A stretch of 64,000 nt of DNA. It comes from Felis catus. Taxonomy: Eukaryota. Of this stretch, positions 22,450 through 36,779 are shown piece after piece. Position 1 is the first letter of the stretch; every line of letters begins with the position of its first letter. The translations under genes and the position numbers were made by a program. Under the pieces are notes generated by a model that did no database searches, was not told where the DNA came from, and was given only the letters and a program-made list of their open reading frames with translations. Location of the stretch: NCBI RefSeq assembly GCF_018350175.1, contig NC_058368.1, positions 117,182,001 to 117,246,000 of the forward strand, written 5' to 3'.

Positions 22450-23740
22450 TAATTACTTCAAGCATAAATATCACTGTTAGCCCTTTAGTCCACAGACTAC
22501 TTTGCATATGACAGATATGCACCATGATAGGTAACCAATCACCTAGCGGCTTTCTGTCTGTCAGAGATTGGTTACTGTTATTTAGTTTATGCACAGACAG
22601 CAAAGCATGTAGTTGTGTTGCCTTCTTGTCTCCCAGAGATAAACCCACATGACATTTTACAAAAATGTGTAGAGGGAGTTGACCACCTAAATTAAAGTGC
22701 AGCAAATAAACGAAAGTGATAATGCAGTCAGTGAAATTCAAATTGAATAAAAATGGAATTATAGGGGCTTCTGGCTGGCTTGGTCATTAAAACATGTGAC
22801 TCTTGATTTTGGGGTTGTGAGTTCAAGCTGGATGTCTTTAACAGTGAAAAAGAGATCAGAAAGAAAAATAAAGAACAGGGGTAGCACTGTAATGAACCCA
22901 ATATGTGGGTGTACAGATTACTTAAAATCTTTAAGGAGCACCTGGGTGGCTCAGTCTGTTGAGCATCCAACGTTTGATTTCTGCACAGGTCAAGATCTCA
23001 TGGTTTATGGGATAGAGCCCCACATTGGGCTCCTTGCTGACAGCATGGAATTTACTTGTGATTCTCTCTCTCCTCTCTCTCTACTCCTTCCCCATTTGCA
23101 TGTGCTCTCCCTCTCTTTCTCTCTCTCTCTCTCTCAAAATAAATAAACTTAAAAAAAATAAAATCTTAGAAAATGGAATTATAGAATAAATAGCTGACAC
23201 TGGAAATGTCGATACTCCTACCTTCAAGAGTCTCTAGACATGTAGCCTAAGGAGCTTTGTGAATGTGAACTTACTGGCATAAGTCAGGAAAGTGGTTGTG
23301 ACAAAAAGGATGAAAATGTCCAGAAAAAAAATGACACCAGCAAAAAAACCTTCACGTTAGAGGAACTCTTGGAGATATTTCATGACCTTGAAAGCTCCAA
23401 GGATACATAAAATACTGGAAGTTGATCCAAACTTACGAAAAGTCTTGATAATTTTCCAAGGCATAGAAAAGATGTTTGCTCTGTATTATAAATTATAGGA
23501 TGAGAAAAAGCCAACCCTGTAATTCTCAGCTGTTCTTAATGTCTCAGATTATAATGTATTAAATAAATATTAGTTTCACTATTTTTTTTACTTCCCTGTA
23601 GGAGTTTTTAATGTTTTCAAAAACTTTTTTAAAGGTCACGGAACAATTCTCATTTCCTCTACTGATTGTTAAGATTACTTTGCAGTGTCAGTTTGAGTGG
23701 TTATTTTTTACAGTCCTGCACAACTGCAAAGTAAGGAATA
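22450..23740. mobile_element. Degenerate Tigger-like (TcMar) DNA transposon fragment interrupted by SINEs
   Basis: Text such as ggaaagtggttgtgacaaaaaggatgaaaatgtcc...aaaaccttcacgttagaggaactcttggagatatttcatgac resembles Tigger transposase-derived sequence. The family call is from memory only. Confidence 0.45.
22764..23169 (+). mobile_element. Two nested Can-SINEs; the first carries a 75-bp templated insertion
   Basis: Outer TSD aaaatggaattata(g) at ~22750 and ~23170. The second SINE starts at ~22935 in the tail of the first. Confidence 0.9.
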
Positions 23741-23769
23741 CCTATATATACTTTTTCACATTTTGTTTT

Positions 23770-24221
23770 TGTTTTTGTTTTTTTTAATTTTTTTTTTAAT
23801 TTTTTTTTCAACATTTATTTATTTTTGGGACAGAGAGAGACAGAGCATGAACGGGGGAGGGGCAGAGAGAGAGGGAGACATAGAATCGGAAACAGGCTCC
23901 AGGCTCTGAGCCATCAGCCCAGAGCCCGACGCGGGGCTCGAACTCCCGGACCGCGAGATCGTGACCTGGCTGAAGTCGGACGCCTAACCGACTGTGCCAC
24001 CCAGGCGCCCCTCACATTTTGTTTTAAAACAATTTTTTAAGTTTATTTTATTTTGAGACAGCACGTGAGCAGGGGAGGAGCAGAGAGAGAGAATCCCCAG
24101 CAGGTCCTGCACTGTCAACACGGAGACCGATGCTGGGTTTAAACGCACAAACCAGTGAGATCATGACCTGAGCTGATGCTGAGAGTCAGACGCTTAACCA
24201 ACTGAGCTACCCAGGTGCCCC
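23770..24221 (-). mobile_element. Young SINEC_Fc-like SINE (23770-24010) next to an older Can-SINE (24030-24221)
   Basis: The first is near-consensus with TSD tcacattttgtttt; the second has a reverse-complement head at 24221. Confidence 0.9.
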
Positions 24222-25934
24222 TAAAACAATTTTTAATCAGTTTCACTGTGGTGTAATTTATATTTACTGTGGCGTAATTTATATATAAAATGTACCTTTA
24301 AAAATTATACAGCTCATTGAATTTTAACAGCTGTTTACACCTGTGTAACCATTTATACAGTCAAATTATACAATACTTCTATAACCTCCAAAAGCTTTCT
24401 CATGCCCCTTCACAATCATTTACCCACATCACTGGATCTAGGCAACCTCTGATCTGCTTCCTGTCACCATAAATTAGTTTTGTCTTTTCCAGAATTTCTT
24501 CTAAACAGAATCCTACAACATGTACTTTTTTGTGTCTGCTTTTTCTTCTACATGTTTTTGAAATTCCTTCACACTGTTGTGTGTTCATTAGCTTGTTTTT
24601 TTAATTGCTGATTGATAATGCATTGTATAGATACATCACAATTTGTTTATACAGTCACCTGTTAATGGACATTTGAGTTCCCAGTTTGGTGTTATTCTTT
24701 AAAAAAAAATTATGTTAGTTTATCTTTGAGAGAGAGATAGAGCATGAGCATAGGAGGGGCAAGACAGAGAGAGACACAGAATATGAAGTAAGCTCCAGGC
24801 TCTGAGCCATAAGCATAGAGCCCAGTGCGAAGCTGAAACTCGCAAACCGTGAGATCATGACAGGAGCCGAAGTCCGATGGTTAACTGATTGAGCCAGCCA
24901 GGCACCCCTGATGTTATTCTTAATTAAGATGATGTGAACATTTATGTAAAAATTTTTGTGGGCATATTTTTAGTTTCTCAGGTAAATGCCTAAAAGTACA
25001 ATTGCTGGATCATATAACATGGGAAATCTATATTTAGCTTTATAAGAAGCTACAAAACTATTTTTCAGAGAGGTCGTACTTTACATTCTCATCGGCATTG
25101 TATGACAGCTCTGCTTAATCCATGTTCTCACCAATGCTTCCTGTTAAACTTTTTAATTTTAGCCATTCTAGTGGGTATGTTTTACTATCTCATTATGTAT
25201 TTTTTTAAACTAAAAGTGTTTTTTTTTTTTTTAATTTTTAGAGGGTAGTGGGGTAGAGAAAGAGAGAGAGAGAGATAGAGAATCTCACGCAGGCTCCACG
25301 CTCAGTGTAGAGCCTGACATGGGGCTTGATTTTACAACCCTGGGATCATGACTGAACCAATGTTAAGAGTCAGACACTTAACTGTTTGAGCCGCCCCGGC
25401 ACCCCTATATATGTACGTTTTATTATTTTTGTAATTTTTTAAATGTTTCTTTTGAGAGAAAGAGAGTGAGAGTGCAATCAGAGGAGGGGCAGAGAGAGAG
25501 AGAGAGAGGAAGAGAATCTCAAGCAGGCTCTGCACCATCAGTGCAGAGCCCAGCATGGGCCTTGAACTCATGAACTGTGAGATTATGACCTGAGCCAAAA
25601 TCAAGAGTCAGACGCTTAACTGACTGAGCCACCCAGGCACCACTATATGTTTATTTTAGAATAAACTTGTCAGTAGTACAAAAAACATCTAGTTCATATT
25701 TTGAGGAATTGTGTTAAATCTAGAGATCAAAGTGGAGGTAGGGAGGAGTTGATATCTTTAGTATGTTGAGTCTTCTGAACCATGAATATTAGGTTGGTCT
25801 CCCCATTAAGTTAAATATTCTTTTATTTCTTTCATCAGCATTTTTAAAGTTTCATTCTGTAAGTTCTATGCATATTTTGTTAGTTATACCTAAGAATTTC
25901 ATTTTTTGAATAATTGGAAATTGTGTTGAGTTTT

Positions 25935-26558
25935 TATTAATTTTATTTTTAATTTTTTAAAATTTACATCCAAATTAGTTAGCATATAGTGCAACAATGA
26001 TTTCAGGAGTAGGTTTCTTAGTGCCCCTTGCCCATTTAGCCCATCCCCCTCCCACAACCCCTCCAGTAACCCTCAGTTCTCCATATTTATGAGTCTCTTC
26101 TGTTTTGTCCCCCTCCCTGTTTTTATATTATTTTTGTTTCCCTTCCCTTAGGTTCATCTGTTTTGTCTCTTAAAGTCCTCATATGAGTGAAGTCATATGA
26201 TTTTTGTCTTTCTCTAATTTCACTTAGCATAATACCCTCCAGTTCCATCCATGTAGTTGCAAATGGCAAGATTTCATTCTTTTTGATTGCCGAGCAATAG
26301 TCCATTGTATATATATGTACCACGTTTTCTTTATCCATTCATCTATCGATGGACATTTGGGCTCTTTCCATACTTTGGCTATTGTTGATAGTGCTGTTAT
26401 AAACATGGGGGTGCATGTGTCCCTTTGAAACAGAACAGCTGTATCCCACGGATAAATGCCTAATAGTACAATTGCTGGGTTGTAGGGTAGTTCTATTTTT
26501 AGTTTTTTGAGGAACCTCCATACTGTTTCCAGAGTGGCTGCACCAGCTTGCATTCCCA
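25935..26558 (-). mobile_element. Carnivore L1 3' fragment (ORF2 C-terminus and 3'UTR)
   Basis: Minus-strand ORFs WRFLKKLKIELPYNPAIVLLGIYP...CTPMFITALSTIAKVWKEPKCPS and KKNEILPFATTWMELEGIMLSEI. Confidence 0.92.
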
Positions 26559-27991
26559 TGTATTGAATTTGTAATTTCAATTTCTACATGTTCAATCATA
26601 GTATTTAGAAGTAGCTTTTGATATTTTGACCTTGTATCCTATGACCTTACTGAAGTCACTTAGTAGTTCTGGGAGTTTTTTAATAATAGATTCTTTGGGA
26701 TTTTCTTTGTATACAATGTGCCATCTGCAATAGGGATATTATTATTTCTTCCTTTTAATCTGTATGTCTTTTCTTTGTATTTTCTTGCCTTACTGCAACT
26801 GGCTGGAACTTCTAGTATTATATTGACTAAGAATAGTGAGGGGCGCCTGGGTGGCTCTGTTAAGTGTCAGACTTCGGCTCAGGTCATGACCTCACAATTT
26901 GTGGGTTTGAGCTCTGCATTGGGCTCCGTGCTGACTGCTTGCTCAGAGCCTGGAGCCTGCTTCAGATTCTGTGTCTCCTGTCTCTGCCCCCCCTCTGCTT
27001 GTGCTCTGTCTCTCAAAAATAAATAAATGTAAAAAAAAAAATAATAGTGAGAGTAGGCATCTTTGCTTTGTTCTTGATATGGGGGGGAATTTAATCTTTC
27101 ACTCTTAAGTATCATGTTTACTGTAGGTTTGTGTGGATTCTTTCTGTTAAGCTGAGGAAGATCTCCTCTGTTCCTAGTTTTCTGAGTTTTTAAAAAAATA
27201 ATGAATAGATGTTGACTTTTTTTTATCCTTTTTCTGTACCATTGTATATGATTGCATAATTTTTCTTCTTTAGCTTGTTGATAGGGTGAATAATATTAAT
27301 TATTTTTCAAATAGTGAATAGTCTTGCATCCCTGGAATAAGCTCCACTTGGTTATGGTATATATTTCTTTTTACATGTTGCTGAATTCCATTTACTAATA
27401 TTTTATTCAGGATTTTGTATTTATATTTATGTGGGATATTGATTTGTAGTTTTTTTTTGTGTGCTGCCTTTGTCTAGCTTTGACATCAGCAAAATTGGCT
27501 TCATAAAATGAATTAGAAAGGGTCTTCTCCTCTTCTATTTTCTGAAATAGATTGTGTAGAATTGGTGTTAGCTTTTCTTTAAAAATTTGAAAGAATTCTC
27601 CAATGAAACCATCTGGACCTGGAGATTTCTTTTGGGGAATTTTTAAACTATGTATTCAATTTGTCTGCTAGCTATAGGACTATTTAGATTATCCATTTCA
27701 TATTGGGTGAGTATTCTAGTGACTTTTGTTTTTAACATTTTGTTTGTAGCAATTGGTCCATTTTATTTAAATTGTTGAGTTTAGGGGTGCCTGGGTGGCT
27801 CAGTCAGTTAAGCATCTGACTCTTGATTTTGGTTCAGATTGTGATCCCAGGGTTGTGGGATCGAGCCCTGTGTCAGGCTGCATGAGCATGAGTCCTGCCA
27901 GGGATATTCTCTCTCTTTCTCTCTGTCTCTCTGTCTCTCTCTGCCTCTTTCATAAATAAATAAATAGATAAATGAAAAATAAGTTGTTGCA

Positions 27992-28075
27992 TTTACATGC
28001 ATACAGTTGTTCATAATATTGCCTTATATTCCTTTTACATGCATACAGTTGTTCATAATATTCCCTTATATTCCT
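27992..28075. repeat. 42-bp direct tandem duplication (41/42 identical) within an L1 fragment
   Basis: tttacatgcatacagttgttcataatatt(g/c)ccttatattcct occurs twice. Confidence 0.95.
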
Positions 28076-31000
28076 TTTAATGTCTGTGGGGTCTGTAGTG
28101 ATACTCTGTTTCACTGTAGATACAGGATTGTCCATATTGTTAGAGTTTGTCAGTTTATTGATTTACTAATTTTATTAGTTTTCAAAGCACTAGCTTTTAG
28201 TGACATTGATTTTTTTCTATTTTTCTTTTTAGTTTTACTGATTTATATATATCTTTTTAAATAGTTAAATTGGGGTATAATTTATGTATAATGAACTTAA
28301 CCCATTTTCAGGTGGAGTTAGACAAGTTTTAATAAATTTATTCACTTGTGCAACCATCCCCACTATCCAGTTTTAGAACATTTTCTTCATCCCAAAGATT
28401 TCCTTGGTGTCTGTTTACAGTCAGTTTCCATCCGCAGCCCCAGGCAACCATTGGCCAATTTTCAGTCTCTATAGTTTTTTTCTTTTGTAGAAATTTCACA
28501 TAAATATAGTTAGACAATATGTAGTTTTTATGTTGGCTTCTTTCACTTGGCACAGTGTTGCTGACATTCATCCATGTAGCATGTATCAGCCCTTAATTGC
28601 TTTTACTGTTGAATAGTATTTTGTTGTATGGCTACACCATATTTTGTTTATATAGGTGTCCATTGATAGACATTTGAGTTTATTCCAGTTTTTGACGATT
28701 ATGAAAAACGATGAACATTTGCTGCAAGTATTTGTATGAATATATCTTTTAATTTCTCCTAGGTGTATATCTAGGAGTTCAATTTCATTGATATATGGCC
28801 TTGTATTTATTAAAATTTCTTTGCTTCTGCTTGCATTTGCGAAGCAAAAATTTTGCAAAAATTTTTTATTTTGCTCCTTTTTTCTAGTTTCTTGAGGTAG
28901 GAACATAGTTTATTGATTTGAAAACTTTTATCTTTAGTGCTATACATTTCCCTGTCAGAACTGCTTTAGTTGCATCCCACAAATTTTGATAAGCGTATTT
29001 TCATTTTTGTTCAGTTCAGTATATTGTTAAATTTCCCTCATGACTTGTTGACCCATGGATTACTTAGAACTGTGTTGTTTTATTTCCAAGTGTTTGGAGA
29101 TTTTCCTGCTTTCTGTTACTGATTTTCAGTTTAATTCCAGTTTAATTCCATACATATTCTCGCAGGATCTCAAAAGGACATAAGGTAGGATCATAGTTTC
29201 TTGGAATTCTTTGTAAGTCTGGCTTGGTTTTGTGGACATAGTTTCCGGGTTCAGGCTCAGCATCTTTACCTTCATTTTGGCTGCTAGGTGTCCTAGATTC
29301 CCCGAGCCTTTCCTACAAGTTTGGGTTACCCCTGCCTTCTAAATAATCAATTTTTTAAAGTTTATTTATTTATTTTGAGAGGGAGAGAGAAAACATGTGG
29401 AAAGGGCAGAGAGAGAGGCAGAGAGAGAGAATCCCAAGCAGACTTTGCAGTGTCAGCACAGAGCCCAGTGTGGGGCTTGAACTCATGAACTGTGAGGTCA
29501 TGACCTGAGCCAAAATCAAGAGTTGGATGTTTAACTGACTGAGCCACCCAGGATCCCCTATAATCAATTATTTTTTAAAGAAACGAGAAAGTGAGAAGAA
29601 AAGTTTTTCATATGTAATGTACATTTTTATCTTTGTGTCACTTATTTTTTTACGTAGTCCAAATTTCCGTCAGGTGTCAGTTTCCTTCCGACTGAAGAAC
29701 TTTTTTTAATGTTTCTTGTAACTGTCAGAATAAATCTTCTGGTTACATATTTTCTTGTTTGTTGTTTGTCTGAAAAAGATCTTTCTTTCACCTTCATTTT
29801 TGAAAGGTACTTTTGCTGGATATAGAATTCTAGACTGACAGTTTTCTTTGTTTTAGTTTCTAATAAGAAATCTACAGTCATTTTTGTTGCTTTGTTTTTA
29901 CTGTTTTTTCCCCCCTCTGGCTGCTTCTAAATTTTTCTTTTAATTTATGATTTTCAGAAATTTGATAATGATGACCTTAGTGCTTTTTTCTTGGTGTTTT
30001 ATCCTTCTTGGGACTCATTGAGCTTCTTGAGTCTGTCAATGTATAGTTTTCTTTAAATTTAGAAAGTTTTGGGCTGTATTCAAATATTATTACACACACA
30101 TACACAATTATAAAACTTCAATTTTACTTGTGTTAGACCAATTGACATTTTCCCACAGGTTGCTGAAGCTGTGTTTCTATTTTTTCATTATTTTCAGTTT
30201 GTTTTGCTATGTTTTCAAGTTCATTGATCTTTATGTCTAGGCTGCTGTTAATCCCATCTAGTGAAGTTTTCATTTCATATACGGTATTTTTCTTTTCTTT
30301 TTTTTTAAAAATTTTTTTTCAACGTTTTTTATTTATTTTTGGGACAGAGACAGAGCATGAATGGGGGAGGGGCAGAGAGAGAGGGAGACACAGAATTGGA
30401 AACAGGCTCCAGGCTCTGAGCCATCAGCCCAGAGCCCGACGCAGGGCTCGGACTCACGGACCGCGAGATCGTGACCTGGCTGAAGTCGGACGCTTAACCG
30501 ACTGCGCCACCCAGGCGCCCCACATACACGGTATTTTTCACTTCCAGAAATTTCATTTCATTTTTTCATTTCTCTCCATTTTTCTCAGTAGCTTCATGTT
30601 TTCCTTTAAATCCTTGAGAGCATTTACAGTAGCCTTTTAAATTCATTGTCTGCTAATTTAGTTACTTTTGTCATTTCTAGTGATGATTTTCTTCCTGGTT
30701 TTAAGTCACAGTTTGCTGATTGTTTGCATTCCTAGTAATGTATGCATTACCTAGTAATGGATGGCAGACTTTGTAAATGCTACATTGTTGAGTGTTTGTG
30801 TTTTGTTGTTTTTCTTTAAAAAGTATTGAAATGTGGTGTGCCTGGGTGACTCAGTTGGTTAAGCATCCAACTGTTGGTTTTAGCTCAAATCATGATCTCA
30901 TGGTTCATGCGATCAAGCCCTGAGTTGGAATCCACGATGACAGCATGGAGCCTGCTTGGGATACTCTCTCTTCCTCTTTCTCTATCCCTCCCCTGCTTGT

Positions 31001-34000
31001 GCACTTATGCACACTCTCTTCTTTCTCAAAATAAATAAAGAAACAAACTTAGAAAAATAAAATGCTACTTTAAAAAAGTATTGAAATTTGTTTTTTGGAA
31101 GGCAGTTATTTGCAGATCTGGTTGATCTTTCCAAGGCTTGTTTTAAAATTTTGTTAGAAAAGATTTATAGAAACCTTTGCATTGGGCTAATTAGCCCTAC
31201 TACTAAGTCGCGATCTTTTTTGGAGTGTTTGTCAAGATTTTTATATTCTGGATGAATGGAATCCAAATATTTCCCATCCCTATGTGAGCTCCAGAAAAAT
31301 TTCAGCTAATAGGTCCCTTGTTCTTTGCTCAGCTTCAGGATAATTGTCATTCTGTACACGCTCAGATTATAGTTCATCCAGAGACTCACGGGATCCTTAT
31401 CCAGACTTCTGGAGTTCTTTACATAGCTCCGTTCTCTGTTCCACAATTTTTAGCTTCCTCAGTCTTCCTAAATACTAATTTTTATTCCTCAACTCAGCAA
31501 GATCACTATATTATTCTTGGATTTCCCCTTTTTTGCCCCATGGTCTGAAAATTGCCTCCAGGAAAAACATGAGAGATCCTAGGATTCAACTTATTTGTTT
31601 CCTTTCTCTTAGTCTTCCACTCCTTTTAAGCCAGTGTCTGAAAGCATTTTTCCACATATTTTCATCAGTGTCTAAGTTTTTTATAATGATACGGCTAGTT
31701 TCACATGATCAGAAACAAAAATTTTCACTTTGGTTTTTGTACTAACATGCTATATCCTGTAAATCATTCTATATGAATTTATAGAGGTCATTTTTTATAG
31801 TTTTCTAAAACTCCATTATATGTGTACATATAGTATGTTCAACCAATCTCTAGTATGCAGTTTAGGTAGTTTCTAATCTTTTTGCATTTACAAATTATTT
31901 AAAAATAATGCTGTAATGAATAATCTGGTACATATGTATTTTTAAGAATTTTTGAAGTGTATATTCAGGGTAAATTCCTAAAAGTGTGATTACTGGGCCA
32001 TAGGGTAAATGCATATGTAGGTTTGTTAGATATAACTGTTTTCCTCCATATAGGTTGTACTCTTTTGCTTTCCTGCCAGTAGATGAGGATGCTTATTTTC
32101 CCACAACCTCCACAACAGAGTATGTCATCAAGATTTTTAATTTTTGCCAATCTGATCATTTAAAAAATCTCAGAGTAGTTTTGATTAGAGTTTCTTTCAT
32201 TCTGATTGAATTTAAGGATCTTTTCACATTTTTACAAAAGTTTTATTTATTTTTGAGAGAGGGAGAGGGAGTGGGTTTTGAGAGGGAGGGGAAGATTGAG
32301 AGGGAGACAGAGAATCCCAAGCAGACTTCACACTGTCAGCACAGAGCCTGACGCAGGGCTCAAACTCATGAACTGTGAGATCATGACCTGACTTGAAACC
32401 AAGAGTCGGATGCCCAACCCACTGAGCCACCCACATGCCCCTTTTTACAAGTTTAAGAGCCTGTTTATCTCTTTTAAAAATTGTTCATGTCTTATGTTCA
32501 TTTTTCTGTATGATTTTTTAGTGTCTTGTCCTAAAATTTTAAAGTTATTTATATATTTAGAGATATTAGCCTTTTGCCCAAGATACAAGTTACAAATATT
32601 TTTTTCCCAGTATGTCATTTGCCTTTCAGTTTTGTCTAGGGTATTTTTTGCATTGCAGTCTTTTTTCCTTTTTATTTTTATGTAATGAAATTAATTAGTC
32701 TTTTCTTAAATTGCATTTAGGTTTTGAGTCATAGTTAGAAACCCTTGCCCCACACTGAGGTTATAGAAAATTCATCCATTTTCTTCTAATACTTGTATGA
32801 TTTTTTGGTTTTTACATTTAGATTCCTGATCTGTATGGGTTTTATTCTTGTGTGTGCTGAGTAATGGATCTAATTTTTATTTTTTTTTTCAAACGGCTGT
32901 CCAGTTGTCTCAGTACTGTTTATTAAACACTTTCATCTTTGGGGCACCTGGGTGGCTTAGTCTCTTGGGCATCTGACTTCAGCTCGTGTCATGATCTCAC
33001 CGTTCGTGAGTTCGAGCCTCGCATTGAGCTCTGTGCTGACAGCTCGGAGACTGGAACCTGCTTTGGATTCTGTGTCTCCTACTCTGTCCCTTCCCTGCTC
33101 ACGTTCTCTCTCTCTCTCTCAAAAATAAAATAAGTGTTTTTAAAAAAACCTTTATCTTTGTCTCAGTATTTTGAGGTAGTATCTTTATTGTATACTAAAC
33201 TTCTGTATTGATAGAAGGCTTAAAGATCAGAAAGCCACACTTCTTTCTCACTCAAAGTTAATATATTTTGAAGCAAATTACTTCATTTAGAAAAAAACAG
33301 CTCAATCACACAAGGCTACCCATTTGGTGAGAACTGATAATAATTTAGGTAAAAATGTAATAGTGTGCTGGGGAAAAATTGAACAGATTCTCTCTAAGGA
33401 GAATTTAGGTGTCTTGGAAGATTGTCAAGTGGGCTATTGATAATTCTTGCGGGTAGTTTCCTGGCACATTTGAGTTTATGATCTATTAAACAATAAGAGT
33501 ACTAATGCGATCAAGACTAGAAGAGAATAGCACTCAAATGGGAAAAGAGGTAAATCTTTTTTTCTTAAACTTTTGATCTCAAAAATCACTGATTATCATT
33601 GTATTTTTAAAATACTTTGGCGAGATAATTTCTTTTTGTCTGAGGGGAGATAGAATGGAGGTTTTATAAAACTTAAGATTTATAGATCTTTTTCAAATCA
33701 AAGTATGCAGAATATTTTTTCACATAAATAAACTTGAGATAAATATTAAGGCTAAACTCTTCAGCTTATTCACCAAATCCTTGAATCACCCACCTGTCTA
33801 AATTATGATACATGTTTGATTAACCTATCGGTTATCTGTTTTTATACCAGTTCTCTTCACATGCTCCCTTAATTTGACTTTTGACCTTTGACCTCAGAAT
33901 GTTCTTCAAATAGTCAAATTACATTAAATTGAAAGATTACTAGATGATATTTAGAATTTTAAAAGGGTAATACATTTTTTAACAGTTTCATGAGCAAGAT

Positions 34001-35339
34001 TTTCTGATATTACTGATCCTCTGAGAATGAATAATATTAGGTAGTTACCCAGTATTTAAAAATGATATTAGGACATATTTATGGAGACCTTCCTCTGTGC
34101 CAGGCAAGGGCAGCTTCATGAGCGTGTAATCTGTGCGATCACATGGGCCCCCTTTTTAGGAGGGCCCTGCATTTGGGCTAATTCTCTGCTCTTACCATCT
34201 TGCCATTCTTAAGTTTTAAATAAGGAAGCTCCCATTTTCATTTTTCATTGGCCTTAAAAATTAAGTAGCCAATCATAATGATATTTAAGGTATTTGACTC
34301 AGGTAGTGGCAGTAGAAAGGGAAAGTAATTTGATAGATTCAGAATACATTTTGGAGGTAGTAAACATTGGCATGTACTGGTAATTAATGTGGGAATGTAG
34401 AAAAAGATGTTAAGAATGACTTGGGAATTTTTTTTTTTAAAGATCTTATTTTCAAGTCATCTCTGCACCCAACATGGGCTGAAGCTCACACCTCCGAGAT
34501 CAAGAATTGCATGCTCTACACACCCAGGTGCCCTGACTTGGGAATTTTTGAGTCAGTGGTTGCCTGAGGCTGGGAGTAGGAGCAAGAATTGATTGCAGAC
34601 AGGATTAGGGCATTTGGGGGTGATGGGAATATACTAAAACTGGATTGTGATGTTGGTTGCATAACTATAAATTACTGAAAATCATTGTCTAGATGATCTA
34701 GATGTCTAGATGAACGCTATGGTAAATATAAAGCTGTTAAAATATTAACAGATTGAGATGCCTGTGGTTATGTCAAGGAGTGCTGTTATTATTCCCATTT
34801 TACAGATAAACAAACTGAAAGAGAAGTGAAAAATAAGAGCTTCATGGTTACATAGTTACTAAGTGTAATATCCAGTATTGGAACTCAAGTCTTTTTGACA
34901 CTAAGGCTTCACTCTTGACAACTATAACATAATCACTTTCTATTTTAAAATTATTTTTGTTGTATCATTGATCAGAGGCTCTCTTGAAATTATAGAACAG
35001 AAAGGAAAGAGGAAAGCGACTGGAAAATTATGTTGACCCTTTAACACTGGTGCCTTCATTTCCCCTTAATATAGGTGGCACAGCAAGGCATCCTGTTTGT
35101 TTGTTTGTTTTTTTGGTTTTTTTGCGTGAGTTGTATTACCACACCTTATTTGGCTCTTCAGCAAATTATTCAAGTCATTAGGTTACCAAATAGTTTCATT
35201 AGGCCCACTGGTAGCTTGAAAGAGTGACTGTATCTTCCAAAAATGCTTACTTCTAGGAAAAGTGAATGCATATAATTGACCATATATAATCCTTGGTGTA
35301 TTTCATGATTAGTAGGCCACTGGCATGAAGATTGCTATA

Positions 35340-35554
35340 TATATATATATATTTTAATGTTTATTTTTGAGACAGAGAGAGACAGAGCATGAATGGGGGA
35401 GGGTCAGAGAGAGAGGGAGACACAGAATCTGAAGCAGGCTCCAGGCTCTGAGCTGTCAGCACAGAGCCCGACACGGGGCTCGAACTCACGGACCATGAGA
35501 TCATGACCTGAGCTGGAGTCGGACGCTTAACCAACTGAGCCACCCAGGCGCCCC
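35340..35554 (-). mobile_element. Feline SINE
   Basis: Near-consensus body, (TA)n tail and TSD gaagattgctatat. Confidence 0.95.
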
Positions 35555-35599
35555 GAAGATTGCTATATTAATAAGCATTAAATGTAGAGAGATTTGGTC

Positions 35600-35880
35600 A
35601 AAATGTACAAACTTTCACTTAAAGGTGAATATGTTCTAGGACTCTAGTATACAGAAAGGTGACTCTAGTTAACAGTACTGTAGTATATTCTTGAAATTTG
35701 CTGACAGAGGATATCTTAATCATTCTCACCACATATGTGGACACACACACGTACAATGGTAATAAACGGGTAATGGATATGTTAACTATATTGTGCTAAT
35801 TATTTCACAATATAGTAAATTATCATGTTTACACCTTAAACTTATACAATTATATTTATCAATTATACTTTAATAAAGCG
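35600..35880 (+). mobile_element. Old L1 3'-terminal fragment
   Basis: Typical L1M 3' end text (ttgaaatttgct..., tcatgtttacaccttaaacttatacaat...aataaag). Confidence 0.6.
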
Positions 35881-36622
35881 GGGGGGGAGGGGGAAGCATT
35901 TAAGTGCCTACTGTGTTAGGTGCCAGGGATATAAATGATCTTCAAAACAGGCATAGTCTCTGACCTCCTACAGCTTCTTCTGTAGTGGAAGAAGCAGACA
36001 TTATACTTAAACAAAACATAATTCTAAAATATTAAATTGTGCTAGACTCAACAAAGGAAAATATAAGGTGCTCTTAGAGCACATAACAAAGAATCCTGGT
36101 TTTAACTGGGGTCTAATGGAAGACCTCTATCGTGAAATAACATTTAAAGTGAGTCCTGAAAGAGTTGTAGAAATTAGCGAAGCAAAGGGAGGGAAGGGTA
36201 AGCAGCTTTCCTAAGAGAGGAGTAGTCTTTCTAAAAGACTTGGGGCACAAAAAAGCTTGGCTGATGACTGTATTATATAATGGAGTATTTAGAGAAGGAG
36301 AAGGCATGAGAATTTGGATACTGTGCAAAGGATTTGGAATTTTATTTCAAGAGTAGTGAGATGCTGCTGAGGAGTTTTCAGCTGGATAATTGTATCATCT
36401 AATTAAAATTGTAAGAAGATCTTTTGGCCACTGTGGAGCATGGATCCAAGAGGATTCTGCTGGCTTCTGAAGAAATCTTAAGAATTAACTATGGGCCTTA
36501 TTACAAATGGGAAAACCATTTCAACTTTTAAAAACCAGTTTTCAAAAGCCATGTTGTAATTAAGTGATTGTGAATGAGAAAAATGTTTGGTAAATCAGTC
36601 TATCTCTGAAGAAACTGCAAAT

Positions 36623-36779
36623 CAGTGTTTCTCAAACCCTAAGGCACATTCAAATCACACAGGTATTTTGTTAAATTATAATTTAGTCAAGGTGGAGAAT
36701 TTCTGCATTTCTGCATTTCTAACAAGCTCCTAGGTGATGCCTATGCCATTGGTTCTTGGCTTATACTTGAGTAGCAAGT
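36623..36779. mobile_element. MER5-like hAT-Charlie MITE remnant
   Basis: cagtgtttctcaaac end and the internal tctgcatttctaacaagctcctaggtgatgc typical of MER5. Confidence 0.6.

Larger units (their letters stand above)
24235..33200 (-). mobile_element. Patchwork of old antisense L1 fragments interrupted by about 10 Can-SINEs (~24700, 25205, 25420, 26840, 27784, 29350, 30290, 30835, 32230, 32941) and a younger L1
   Basis: T-rich + strand. Minus-strand ORFs carry L1 motifs (ITTDPTDIKRNIREYYEQLYA; ILKSERLNS..; YIHTNTCS..FIIVKNW). Confidence 0.75.
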
